This document shows, piece after piece, positions 20,796 to 30,251 of a stretch of 64,000 nt of DNA. The DNA lies in assembly GCA_963702895.1 (NCBI GenBank), contig OY969767.1:2272001-2336000 (forward strand), read 5' to 3'. This DNA is from an uncultured Elusimicrobia bacterium. GTDB taxonomy: Bacteria; Elusimicrobiota; Elusimicrobia; 2-01-FULL-59-12. Within the stretch, counting starts at the first letter, position 1. Each line of letters opens with the position of its first letter. The translations under genes and the position numbers were made by a program. The notes under the pieces are model-generated. The model was given only the letters and a program-made list of their open reading frames with translations, was not told the origin of the DNA and made no database searches.

Positions 20796-22940
20796 ATGCT
20801 GCTGCCTGCGCTGGAACGTTTAGGGACGGTCAAAAAGCGCTATGCCCTCGGAGCGCTTCTGCTTATGGCGTGGCTGCTCGGGATGGCCGTCCTGCATATT
20901 CTGCTTGCGGACCTTCCGGACATTGACGCCCTCCAGCACTACACACCGCCGCTCGTGACGAAGATTTACGACCGCCACAACCAGATCATCAGCGAGCTCT
21001 ATACCGAACGCCGCACCATCCTTCCCTTGAACGAAATTCCCGTGAATATTCAAAATGCTTTTCTGGCCACCGAAGACCAGAATTTCTTTGCCCATTGGGG
21101 GATTGATGTCAAAGGGATCAGCCGCGCGGCCATCGCGAACCTCCGGCACGGGCGCGTCGTCGAGGGCGGCTCGACCATCACGCAGCAACTTTCGAAAGTC
21201 CTCTTCTTCTCCCAGAAAAAGACGCTCACCCGAAAAATCAGAGAGCTCCTCTTGGCTTTGCAGCTGGAGCGCCAATACTCCAAGGAAGAGATTTTCCAGA
21301 TGTACCTGAACCAGATTTATTTTGGCCACGGCGCCTACGGGGTGGAAGCGGCCGCCCGAACGTTCTTCGGCAAACACGCCAAAGAGCTGACGCTGGCCGA
21401 ATGTGCCCTGCTGGGAGGGCTCCCCAAGTCCCCCCGGACGTACTCTCCTTTTGTCAATCCGAAGAACGCCCAGCGCCGAAGGGCCTGGGTGCTCTCGCGG
21501 ATGCGTCGCTCAGGCTACGTCACGAACCGGGAAGAAACAGAAGCGAATCTTGTCCCTTTGAGGACCGAGAAAGTACCGCTCGCGCCTCCGGTCGGGGCCT
21601 ACTTTGTGGAATACCTGCGTCAAATCCTCGATCCGAAGTATGGAGACAACGCCCTCTATCGAGGGGGCTTTTCCATCTTCACAACACTGGATCTCAAGAT
21701 GCAGCAGGCGGCCGAAGACGTGATGGGCCGACATCTGGCTGAATTTGATATTGAAAAGCAAAAGGAATTGGACGAAGCCGTCAAAGCGGCGAAAAAATCC
21801 AGGAAACCCCTCGTGGAGACCTCTACGACCGTCGCGAAAGTCCAGGGGGCGCTCGTGGCGCTCGACACGCGTTCCGGAGAGATCCGGGCTCTGGTGGGCG
21901 GCAGGGACTTCAAGGAATCCCAGTTTAACCGCGTCGTGCAGGCCCAAAGGCAGCCCGGGTCGGCCTTTAAACCTTTTGTGTGGAGCGTGGCGATGGATCA
22001 AGAGATGACGCAAGCCACCGTCGTCGACGACGATCTGGTCGGCTTCTTTAACGACGGCTCGGACTGGAAGCTCCTCGATAGCGCCACCGACGCCTATTCG
22101 GTGGCCTTGGCCACGGCACCTTTCCCGCCCGACCAGGCCTGGGTCCCCCAAAATTGGGATCATAAGTACTTCGGACCGGTGACGCTTCGCACCGGCCTCT
22201 CACTTTCCCGAAACCTCGTCTCCATCCGGCTCACAAACCATTTCGGGCCCAAGGCCGTGGTCGACTACGCCAGGAGGTGCGGCATCAAAAGCAAGCTTTC
22301 GGCCGTGCTCTCGATTGGTTTGGGCACGGAGCAAGTCAACCTTCTGGAGCTCACGGGCGCTTTCTCGACGTTTGCCAATGGCGGCATACGGCCTGAGCCG
22401 TACGGCGTACGCCGCATTGAAGACAAAAACGGGAAGGTGCTGGAAGAGAATTCGCCGAGATCAACCGTTGAGCTTTCCGCCCAGACGGCCTATCTGATGG
22501 TGGATCTCATGCGTTCGGTGGTGACCAGCGGCACCGGCCGCCGGGCCCTGGAGCTGGCGCGGCCCGCCGGAGGAAAAACCGGTACGAACCAGGACTTGAG
22601 AGACCTCTGGTTTGTCGGTTTTACGCCGGACATCAGTTGCGGTGTTTGGATGGGCTATGACGATTTCGTTTCGATGGGAAAACACTTTACCGCCGCGACG
22701 AAGGTCCTCCCCTGGTGGACGGAATTCATGAAGAAAGCTCACGCGGGGCTTCCGGTGAGAAACTTTGACGTGCCGCCCGACATCGTCTTTGCCAAGATCG
22801 ATGCCGTGACCGGGATGCTGGCACTTCCCACCTGCCCCAAGGTGGCGCTGGCCGCCTTCAAAAAGGGGACTGACCCCAAGGAACCTTGCCCGGTCGACCA
22901 TATCAGCCAGACCGCGCCCGTCGTGGAAACTGAAGAATGA
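20796..22940 (+). CDS. Penicillin-binding protein 1A family (transglycosylase-transpeptidase)
   Basis: EDQNF..H.G, GGSTITQQL, RKIRE, YLNQIYFG, SAFK, SRN, KTGT motifs. Confidence 0.95.
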   Translation: MLLPALERLGTVKKRYALGALLLMAWLLGMAVLHILLADLPDIDALQHYTPPLVTKIYDRHNQIISELYTERRTILPLNEIPVNIQNAFLATEDQNFFAHWGIDVKGISRAAIANLRHGRVVEGGSTITQQLSKVLFFSQKKTLTRKIRELLLALQLERQYSKEEIFQMYLNQIYFGHGAYGVEAAARTFFGKHAKELTLAECALLGGLPKSPRTYSPFVNPKNAQRRRAWVLSRMRRSGYVTNREETEANLVPLRTEKVPLAPPVGAYFVEYLRQILDPKYGDNALYRGGFSIFTTLDLKMQQAAEDVMGRHLAEFDIEKQKELDEAVKAAKKSRKPLVETSTTVAKVQGALVALDTRSGEIRALVGGRDFKESQFNRVVQAQRQPGSAFKPFVWSVAMDQEMTQATVVDDDLVGFFNDGSDWKLLDSATDAYSVALATAPFPPDQAWVPQNWDHKYFGPVTLRTGLSLSRNLVSIRLTNHFGPKAVVDYARRCGIKSKLSAVLSIGLGTEQVNLLELTGAFSTFANGGIRPEPYGVRRIEDKNGKVLEENSPRSTVELSAQTAYLMVDLMRSVVTSGTGRRALELARPAGGKTGTNQDLRDLWFVGFTPDISCGVWMGYDDFVSMGKHFTAATKVLPWWTEFMKKAHAGLPVRNFDVPPDIVFAKIDAVTGMLALPTCPKVALAAFKKGTDPKEPCPVDHISQTAPVVETEE

Positions 22941-22949
22941 CGGGCCCTT

Positions 22950-23117
22950 CGTCATCCCCCACGGTCGTAAGTGGGGGATCCATCAATGAATCCTTATGAT
23001 GGATCCCGGGTCTCCACAAGAACCGGCGACCCTCCGCCACACGACAGGCGGAGAGCGCCGGGTGTGTGGCGCTCGGCCCGCCGGCAGTTTGGAGGGCCGG
23101 CTTTCGCCGGGATGACG
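22950..23117. repeat. Expanded REPIN-like element, GTCATCCCC family, with nested extra hairpins
   Basis: CGTCATCCC...GGGATGACG ends; first arm matches 8476 and 34912 copies. Confidence 0.75.
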
Positions 23118-23136
23118 GCACTCATTTGAACCGTTC

Positions 23137-23179
23137 AAAAGAAAACCCCCCACCACCCGATTTCCAGGGCGGTGGGGGG
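23137..23179 (-). terminator. Rho-independent terminator of ppdK
   Basis: CCCCCCACC...GGTGGGGGG hairpin followed on the minus strand by TTTTCTTTT. Confidence 0.8.
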
Positions 23180-23196
23180 CTCGTTACTTCCGTGAA

Positions 23197-25854
23197 CTAT
23201 TTCGAGGTGTAAGCCGATTTGCCTTTGGACTTGCCTTCGATCACCGCTTGTGCAGCGGCCAACCGGGCGATCGGCACCCGGTAGGGCGAGCAGGAGACGT
23301 AGTTCAAGCCCGTGCGGTGACAGAACTTCACCGAGGCGGGATCGCCCCCATGTTCGCCACAGATGCCGCACTTGAGGTCTTTCTTCACCTTGCGGCCCTT
23401 TTGAACCGACATCTGCATCAGCTGGCCGACGCCGCTTTGGTCCAGCGTCTGGAACGGATCATCCTTAAAGATCTTCTTGTCCAGATAGACCTTGATGAAC
23501 TTGCCCGCGTCATCGCGCGAAAATCCCAGCGCCATTTGCGTGAGGTCGTTGGTCCCGAAGCTGAAGAAGTCCGCTTCCTGGGCGATCTCGTCGGCCGTCA
23601 AGGCCGCGCGCGGGACTTCGATCATCGTCCCCACCATGTACTGGAGCTTCACGCCCGCTTCTTTGATTGTTTCTTCGGCGACGCGAACAATGATCTCTTT
23701 TTGATCGCGGAGTTCGCTGACGTTGCCCACCAGTGGAATCATGATCTCGGGAACGACTTTGATCTTTTCGGCGGCGAGCTCGCAGGCCGCGCTGATGATG
23801 GCCTTGGTCTGCATTTCGGTGATTTCGGGATACGTGATGCCCAAACGGCACCCGCGGTGACCGAGCATCGGGTTGAACTCATGGAGCTCCTGCGCGGCCT
23901 GCATGATCTTGGAAGTCGGCACACCGATTTTCTTGGAAAGGATGTCCGCATCCGCCTGCGTCTTCGGCAGGAACTCGTGCAGCGGCGGATCGATCAAGCG
24001 GATCGTGACGGGGTACCCTTTCATTTCCCGGAAAAGACCTTTGAAGTCCTCCTTTTGGAACGGAAGGAGTTTGGCGAGCGCCACTTTTCGCGCTTCCACG
24101 TCCGTGGCCACGATCATTTCCTGCATGAAGGGCAGGCGATCTTCGGCAAAGAACATGTGCTCCGTCCGGCAAAGCCCAATGCCCTGCGCGCCGAACTCGC
24201 GGGCGACTTTGGCGTCGCGCGGAATATCGGCGTTGGCGCGGACTCTGAGCACGCGAAGGGCGTCCGCCCATCCCATAAAGATGCCGAACTCTCCTGAGAT
24301 GGTGGGTTCGATCAAGGGAGCAGAACCCATGATGACGCGGCCGGTGGAGCCATCGATCGTGATCCATTCGTTTTCTTTGACGGTCGTGCCATTCGCGCTG
24401 AATTGTTTGTTCTGTTCGGAAACGCGGATCTCTTCGCAGCCTGCAACGCAGGATTTGCCCATGCCGCGGGCGACCACGGCCGCATGAGAAGTCATGCCAC
24501 CGCGCGCCGTGAGGATCCCCTGGGCGGCATCCATGCCGTGGATATCGTCGGGGTTGGTTTCCTGGCGGACGAGAATGACTTTCTCGCCTTTGCCGCCGCG
24601 CTCGGCCGCGGTGTCGGCGTCAAAAACCGCCTGGCCGGTGGCCGCGCCGGGAGAAGCCGGCAGACCCTTGGCGATCACCTTGAGCGCCGCTTTGGGATCG
24701 ATGACGGGATGCAGGAGTTGGTCGAGCTGCTCCGGCTCCACGCGCATGAGCGCTTCGTCTTTGGAAATGAGCTTTTCTTTCACCATATCGACAGCGATTT
24801 TGACGGCGGCTGCCGCCGTGCGCTTGCCGGTCCGGGTTTGCAGCATGAAGAGACGGCCCTTTTCGATGGTGAACTCAAAGTCCTGCACGTCCCGGTAGTG
24901 TTTCTCGAGGCGCGTCGTGATCTCACGAAGCTGCTTGTAAACGACTGGCATATCCTCGCCGAGCTTGACAATGGGTTTGGGCGTGCGGATCCCAGCAACC
25001 ACATCTTCCCCTTGAGCGTTGGTGAGATATTCCCCGTAGAACTCTTTTGTGCCGGTGGAGGGATTGCGGGTAAAGCCCACGCCCGTACCTGAGTCATCAC
25101 CCATATTGCCGAAGACCATGGACTGGACATTGACGGCTGTCCCTAAATCTTCAGAGATTTTATTTTGCTTGCGGTAGTAGATCGCGCGGGGGTTGTTCCA
25201 AGACTTGAAGACCGCATTGCGCGCGCCTTCCACCTGCTTCCAGGGGTCCTGGGGGAACGCCTCGCCGCACTTCGCCTGATAAACGTCCTTGAACTTCGCC
25301 ACAATGTCCCGGAGGTCCTTCACATTGAGATCCGTATCCAGCTTGACGCCGCGCTTCTGTTTCTGGGATTCGAGGAGATGCTCAAACTCGCTCTTTTCAA
25401 TACCCCCCACCACGTTGCCGTACATGGCGATAAAACGGCGATAGGCGTCCCACGCGAAGCGCGGGTTGGACGTGAGGCGGGAGAGTCCTTCCACCACCTG
25501 GTCGTTGATGCCAAGGTTCAAGATCGTGTCCATCATGCCGGGCATGGAAAACTTCGCGCCGGAGCGGACGGAGACGAGCAGCGGATTGTCCGCGTTGCCA
25601 AAGCCCTTGTCCATGATCTTCTGGAGCTTTTCCATGGCGGCTTTTTGCTGGGCTTCGAGCTCCTTGGGGAGCCTCTGTTTATTGGCGTAGTAGTAGCGGC
25701 AAACATCCGTCGTGATAGTAAATCCAGCGGGGACGGGGACCCCGGCGTTGGTCATTTCGGCAAGACCCGCTCCTTTGCCGCCTAACAAATCTTTCATCGT
25801 GCCTTTGCCGTCAGCACGGCCTGCGCCAAAGAAATAAACATACTTCGTAGCCAT
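23197..25854 (-). CDS. ppdK: Pyruvate, phosphate dikinase
   Basis: LLGGKGAGLAEM, SVRSGA..SMPGMMDT, GGMTSHAAVVARG, GLCRTEHMF, SFGTNDLTQ. Confidence 0.99.
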   Translation of the reverse strand: MATKYVYFFGAGRADGKGTMKDLLGGKGAGLAEMTNAGVPVPAGFTITTDVCRYYYANKQRLPKELEAQQKAAMEKLQKIMDKGFGNADNPLLVSVRSGAKFSMPGMMDTILNLGINDQVVEGLSRLTSNPRFAWDAYRRFIAMYGNVVGGIEKSEFEHLLESQKQKRGVKLDTDLNVKDLRDIVAKFKDVYQAKCGEAFPQDPWKQVEGARNAVFKSWNNPRAIYYRKQNKISEDLGTAVNVQSMVFGNMGDDSGTGVGFTRNPSTGTKEFYGEYLTNAQGEDVVAGIRTPKPIVKLGEDMPVVYKQLREITTRLEKHYRDVQDFEFTIEKGRLFMLQTRTGKRTAAAAVKIAVDMVKEKLISKDEALMRVEPEQLDQLLHPVIDPKAALKVIAKGLPASPGAATGQAVFDADTAAERGGKGEKVILVRQETNPDDIHGMDAAQGILTARGGMTSHAAVVARGMGKSCVAGCEEIRVSEQNKQFSANGTTVKENEWITIDGSTGRVIMGSAPLIEPTISGEFGIFMGWADALRVLRVRANADIPRDAKVAREFGAQGIGLCRTEHMFFAEDRLPFMQEMIVATDVEARKVALAKLLPFQKEDFKGLFREMKGYPVTIRLIDPPLHEFLPKTQADADILSKKIGVPTSKIMQAAQELHEFNPMLGHRGCRLGITYPEITEMQTKAIISAACELAAEKIKVVPEIMIPLVGNVSELRDQKEIIVRVAEETIKEAGVKLQYMVGTMIEVPRAALTADEIAQEADFFSFGTNDLTQMALGFSRDDAGKFIKVYLDKKIFKDDPFQTLDQSGVGQLMQMSVQKGRKVKKDLKCGICGEHGGDPASVKFCHRTGLNYVSCSPYRVPIARLAAAQAVIEGKSKGKSAYTSK

Positions 25855-25940
25855 GGATAATCTCCTTTATGTGATTCAGGTTGCTGTTCGATCAGGGCGT
25901 TCGGAATGCCTGAGGCAACGAAGGGGATTTTACAATATCA

Positions 25941-26026
25941 GGGGACGTTCCATCACAAACGTCACAAACTCCAGAAAGCCAAGAACAAGACGTTGGAGTT
26001 TGTGACGTTTGTGATGGAACGTCCCC
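25941..26026. repeat. Long perfect palindrome, GGGGACGTTCC...GGAACGTCCCC family
   Basis: 33-bp perfect arms; near-identical copy at 55084. Confidence 0.92.
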
Positions 26027-26031
26027 TGGAT

Positions 26032-26883
26032 TTATTCGTCTTGGACTTGGACGGGCACGGGCAGCGCCTCGTCAATGGCAGGTTCTTCCTCGACCGCCTC
26101 CGCCCCTTGCTCCTCGGGCGCGTCTGCGGTTGAGGGCGCGTCTGCGGTTGAGGGCGCGTCTGCGGTTGAGGGCGCGTCTGCGGGCGCGGTCGCTTCGACG
26201 ACGGTGGAGTTTTGGGCTGCTCGCTCGGGCGAGACGTCTTCTTTGTTGTCCTTGTTGAAGTTGGGCGGCTTGTTCTTCACAAAGAAGACGACACGGCGAT
26301 TTTTGGCGCGATTTTCATCGCTGTCATTGGCGACCAGCGGATGGAATTCCCCATAACCAATAGCCGCCATATGAGCGGGCGGCATGCCGAGGCCGCGAAT
26401 CATGTACTGCACAACGCGCGTCGCCCGCGCGGCGGAGAGCTCCCAGTTGGAAGAGAAATGGGCGTTGTGGATGGGAATATTGTCCGTATGCCCTTCCACC
26501 ACGATATCATGATCTTCTTTGGCAAGCTTCAGAAGAGACGGCGTGATTTTCGACAGGATCTCCTTCATCCGGGGGGAAAGATCCGCGGACCCGCTTCCAA
26601 AAAAAATGTTTTCACCGCTTTCTTGAAGCGTGATTTGCATTCCTTCTTTGGTCACTTTGACCTCGGTCGCCACACCCTCTTGCTGCATGGCGACGGAGAC
26701 ATCCTTTTTGATCTGCTGGATGTCCTTGCTCAGGGCCGCCGAGAGCGCATAGAGAATAATGAAAAAGCACACGAGCTCCGTCATGAGATCGGCGTAATTG
26801 ACGAGCCACGGAGGAGCGGGATGGCCGATCTGCGACACCCTCGGGTCGTGAATCGAAATCATGTTTTTCAGTTTTTTGGCCAT
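26032..26883 (-). CDS. motB: MotB-family stator subunit (TM + OmpA-like peptidoglycan-binding domain)
   Basis: WLVNYADLMT..VCFF (conserved Asp), VEGHTD, SNWELS..RA, NRRV; 18-bp repeat tail (ADAPST) at 26116-26183. Confidence 0.95.
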   Translation of the reverse strand: MAKKLKNMISIHDPRVSQIGHPAPPWLVNYADLMTELVCFFIILYALSAALSKDIQQIKKDVSVAMQQEGVATEVKVTKEGMQITLQESGENIFFGSGSADLSPRMKEILSKITPSLLKLAKEDHDIVVEGHTDNIPIHNAHFSSNWELSAARATRVVQYMIRGLGMPPAHMAAIGYGEFHPLVANDSDENRAKNRRVVFFVKNKPPNFNKDNKEDVSPERAAQNSTVVEATAPADAPSTADAPSTADAPSTADAPEEQGAEAVEEEPAIDEALPVPVQVQDE

Positions 26884-26905
26884 GGCGTTTCCTCGGCGCC
26901 TTCCC

Positions 26906-27685
26906 CTAGGCGGCCTTCTGGATCAGGGCGCGTTTCGAGGGTTCCAGATAAGCCTTCAAATTGGCCTCCATGATGGAGGGGCTCACACCGCTTTGCAGAA
27001 GAAGCACTCCCCGAATAATGATTTCCTTGATCAGGAGCTCCTCTTCCGATCGGCGGCGAAGCTTACCGGCCATGGGGAGGAAGAGCATGTAGCCGGAGCC
27101 CAAACCGAAAAAGGCGGCGGCCAGACACAGCGCCATCCGGCGCGGAACTTCTTCGACATTGGAAATCGTGTTGAGCATGAGGATCATCCCCAGAACGGTG
27201 CCGATAATCCCAAAAGCCGGACTATAGGTTCCCAGCGAATTGAAAATCTCTTGCCCCACCTGATGGCGCTCACGAATAAAGCCGAGCTCCGTCTCCATCA
27301 TGTTGCGGATAAATTCCTGGTCTGATCCATCGATCACCAGCTGCACGCCACGCTTAAGAAAGTCATTTTTGAGGAGCTTGACGTCGCCTTCGAGCGCCAA
27401 AAATCCTTCGGTACGGCCCTTCTTGGCAAAGTTCACAAAGGTCGTGACGATTTCGGAGGTGTCCTCGCCGCTGGCGGCCATCACTTTTTTGAGAACCCTA
27501 AAGAGACCGAAGACTTGCCCAATGGGATAATTGACCAGAATCGCACAAAAGGTCCCTCCCATCACAATGAGAAAGGCCTCATAGTTGAGAAATGGCTTAA
27601 AACCCGCGACGCCCTCCCCCAAAAAGACGGAGATAATCACGAGCCCAGCTCCCACCACAATTCCTAACAGTGTCGCGATGTCCAT
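26906..27685 (-). CDS. motA: MotA-family stator subunit
   Basis: MDIATLLG, IVMGGT, R.EGFLALE, PAFGIIGTVLG, FLPMAGKL. Confidence 0.95.
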   Translation of the reverse strand: MDIATLLGIVVGAGLVIISVFLGEGVAGFKPFLNYEAFLIVMGGTFCAILVNYPIGQVFGLFRVLKKVMAASGEDTSEIVTTFVNFAKKGRTEGFLALEGDVKLLKNDFLKRGVQLVIDGSDQEFIRNMMETELGFIRERHQVGQEIFNSLGTYSPAFGIIGTVLGMILMLNTISNVEEVPRRMALCLAAAFFGLGSGYMLFLPMAGKLRRRSEEELLIKEIIIRGVLLLQSGVSPSIMEANLKAYLEPSKRALIQKAA

Positions 27686-27812
27686 CTCAACCTCCCGGAA
27701 TCAGGGACGCGTCACGGTCGATGAAGGACGAGACATGCGCTGCCTGTTCCTATCGTCTCACTCACCTTCATGGCCCTCTTGTCCCTTATCTCTTTTCTCT
27801 CATCTCACTCTT

Positions 27813-27983
27813 TTAGGCGGCTTTACGTCTTGGGCTGACGATTCTTTTCCTTATGGTTCTGCCGTGCCTGCTGCGCGTTTCATGGACGACCCTCTGGGGC
27901 TTCGCGTCTTCCATCAAGAATCCAATCACAAGGCAAAGAAATCCCACGAGAATCCCCGTCATGGCAATCAGTGTTAGCGACAT
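27813..27983 (-). CDS. 56-aa single-TM peptide, absent from the ORF track
   Basis: AAAGGAG RBS 6 nt before ATG; overlaps flbD stop; MSLTLIAMTGILVGFLCLVIGFLMEDAKPQRVVHETRSRHGRTIRKRIVSPRRKAA. Confidence 0.65.
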   Translation of the reverse strand: MSLTLIAMTGILVGFLCLVIGFLMEDAKPQRVVHETRSRHGRTIRKRIVSPRRKAA

Positions 27984-28219
27984 GGTGTACTCCTTTCGGA
28001 TTCCCCCCGCAAATACTGGGGAAGGTACGTCGATCCCGCAAAGACCGTCTTCTTGTATTCGATCGCTTTCTGGACCACTTCCGTCACTGGCTCACGAACA
28101 ACAATTTTGTTCCCTGTCGCCATGGCGAGCACCGTTTCGATGCCATGGCTTTCGATGGACTCGATCAGCTCGGCGTTCACCACCGTTTCCTGGCCGTTGA
28201 GTCGGTGGAGTTTAATCAT
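27974..28219 (-). CDS. FlbD/SwrD family protein
   Basis: MIKLHRLNG....VNAELIESIE...ETVL.M.TG.KIVV.E; ATGA overlap with upstream gene; typical position before motAB. Confidence 0.88.
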   Translation of the reverse strand: MIKLHRLNGQETVVNAELIESIESHGIETVLAMATGNKIVVREPVTEVVQKAIEYKKTVFAGSTYLPQYLRGESERSTPCR

Positions 28220-30126
28220 GCGGCCGCTCCCGATTGCAGCTTCCACTGCTCAAACCAGCTCTTGAGCGACGGGTCTTTATTGATCTCACACATTCTTTCG
28301 TAGGCCCCGGCGGCCTCGTTGACCATGCCCTGGGCCGCGTAAGAACTCCCCAAATACTGATAGGCCTGCCAATGGTCAGGCTGGGCCTGGATGGCCTCAT
28401 GAAAGCTGCGAATGGCTTCCGCCAAGAGGCCCTGCGCGAAGAAGGCGGTGCCCGCTTGGAATCTCGCCTCCGCCTCGGCGGGATCCACCTTGGCTGGAGG
28501 GGGGGCGGCTTTGCCAAGACTCAAATGCAGAGGCTCCGTATCATCAGCCGCCTCCTCGCCTTCGAGGATGCCCATCTTTTGTTTCTTGCGGATGCTGATT
28601 TTGTTTTCTTTTTCGAGCTTGGTGATGATGTCCATGAGCTTTTTACGCTCATCCTCAATCTGCTCCATGGAAAGCGGTCGGCCATAATCCATGGATTCCT
28701 TGAGCAGTGCGGCGGCGCCCGCCGACATATTGTTGAAGAACTTGTTGATGTAATCCACCGGCGCTTCGCGCAGCGCCCGCGCGAGCTGCTCCGTACCGAT
28801 TTCGCGAACGATGCCCTGGACCGCCTGGTCCGGGAATTTGAGAATGTCCTCAAAGAGGATGACTTCTTCTCGGACGCGCTCATAGAGCTGCGGTTTCTCA
28901 TTGCGGAGGTAATCCAGAATATTTTCCCGGGTGGTCTTATCAGCCTCATTGAGGATCTTCACGAGGTTTTCAATGCCGCCTAAGACGAAATCGACTTTTT
29001 TCTTAACGTATTCATCGATCGACATCACCTGTTCCAGGGAGGTTTGGCGGATGGTGGCCGTCTCCACAGCGACGCGCGCCTGAAGCTCCGGTGGAAACGA
29101 GGAAAAGATCTCTTTGGCGAACTCCGGTTTGAGGTACGACAGGACGAGCGACACGATCCACGGTTCTTCCTTACGAAGGAGGTAGGCCAGCCCTTTGAGA
29201 TTTTGTTCCGAAACATATTTGAACGGCTCAAACTTTTTCATGGCTGCCTCCTCCTCCTCTAACTTCTGCTGTTCTTCTTCGGTGAGCACCCCATCCCCTT
29301 CTCCGCTGCCCCCTCCTCCACCCCCTTCTTGCTTACCTTCATTTTCATTGGCCATCTCCTGTTCGCTTTCCTCTTTCATCGTGGTCATCTGCTCAATGCG
29401 TTGCGTCTTGTCTTCGAGGGCGGCGTTGAGCCGGCGGAAAAAGCTTGCCAGAGGCCCCCAGAGGAAGAGTAAGAGCCACAAGGTCAGGGCGATGGGAATG
29501 ATCCATTTGGGCGCGAGCAATTGCTGCCAGGCCGTCTCGCTAAAGGTCGTGGGGGTGAAGACCATCTGATTTTCCGTGACTTTCAGAAGCGCGATGATGG
29601 CTTGCTTGACTGCCAGAAGCTTATCTCCAGGAACTTTGTTGTCATAGAGCACCGTCACCAGCAGTTTTTTGATGGTCGTCCGGACTTCGACGCGCTTCTG
29701 AAGCATTTGCCCTCCGGATTCTTGAGAGGAGCCGCCACGATCCTCCTCCTGCTGAAACGGAGACTTGGGCATGGGAACGCCAGGGACAAGGACTTTGGCT
29801 TGCGGGAGGGGCAGGGCTTCGCCCGTGTCTGTCTCGCTCTTTTTTTTGTCGCTCTTTTTCTTTTCCATCCCCAATTCAGAGGCCCGCGATTCAAGACCCA
29901 TCTCCACATCCACGATCACGACCGCTTTTCCCGGGCCTAAGATTTTGTCCAGGACGTTTTCCTGCAGGTATTCCGTCTTTTCCTTCTCAAATTTGGATTC
30001 TTGCTCGAGGAGCATCATATCGGGGGAGAGCCCGGAGGACGCCGCTGGCGAGGCCGACTGCCCCACGGCCGCCCAGACGATCCCGCTGGTCAGCAGGAAC
30101 GATGCAAAAAGTAAATGGATTCGCAT
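28216..30126 (-). CDS. FliF(ring)-FliG fusion rotor-like protein with C-terminal TPR
   Basis: Signal peptide; LDKILGPGKAVVIVDVEM and IKKLLVTVLYD (FliF RBM3-like); TM; FliG-M (EEPWIVSLVLSYL), GG linker, FliG-C (FEDI...NMS..AA.LLKE); TPR helices. Start 30126 or 30165. Confidence 0.8.
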   Translation of the reverse strand: MRIHLLFASFLLTSGIVWAAVGQSASPAASSGLSPDMMLLEQESKFEKEKTEYLQENVLDKILGPGKAVVIVDVEMGLESRASELGMEKKKSDKKKSETDTGEALPLPQAKVLVPGVPMPKSPFQQEEDRGGSSQESGGQMLQKRVEVRTTIKKLLVTVLYDNKVPGDKLLAVKQAIIALLKVTENQMVFTPTTFSETAWQQLLAPKWIIPIALTLWLLLFLWGPLASFFRRLNAALEDKTQRIEQMTTMKEESEQEMANENEGKQEGGGGGGSGEGDGVLTEEEQQKLEEEEAAMKKFEPFKYVSEQNLKGLAYLLRKEEPWIVSLVLSYLKPEFAKEIFSSFPPELQARVAVETATIRQTSLEQVMSIDEYVKKKVDFVLGGIENLVKILNEADKTTRENILDYLRNEKPQLYERVREEVILFEDILKFPDQAVQGIVREIGTEQLARALREAPVDYINKFFNNMSAGAAALLKESMDYGRPLSMEQIEDERKKLMDIITKLEKENKISIRKKQKMGILEGEEAADDTEPLHLSLGKAAPPPAKVDPAEAEARFQAGTAFFAQGLLAEAIRSFHEAIQAQPDHWQAYQYLGSSYAAQGMVNEAAGAYERMCEINKDPSLKSWFEQWKLQSGAAA

Positions 30127-30251
30127 TCTTGTGACAAGTCTAGCCTGCCCCTTTGGGAGTTTCAATGACGTAAAGAAAGTTTTACAGCTAAAAACGAGCT
30201 GTTAAGTAGACGTGTTTTTATGGGTCTAGAAGTGCAGCTGGGTTGGCGAGA

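Noticed and set aside
26032..27685. ExbBD/TolQR or Zorya ZorAB identity for the stator pair
   Set aside because: Motifs and sizes match flagellar-type MotA/MotB, the neighbours are FlbD and FliG-like, and there is no long ZorA tail or zorCDE
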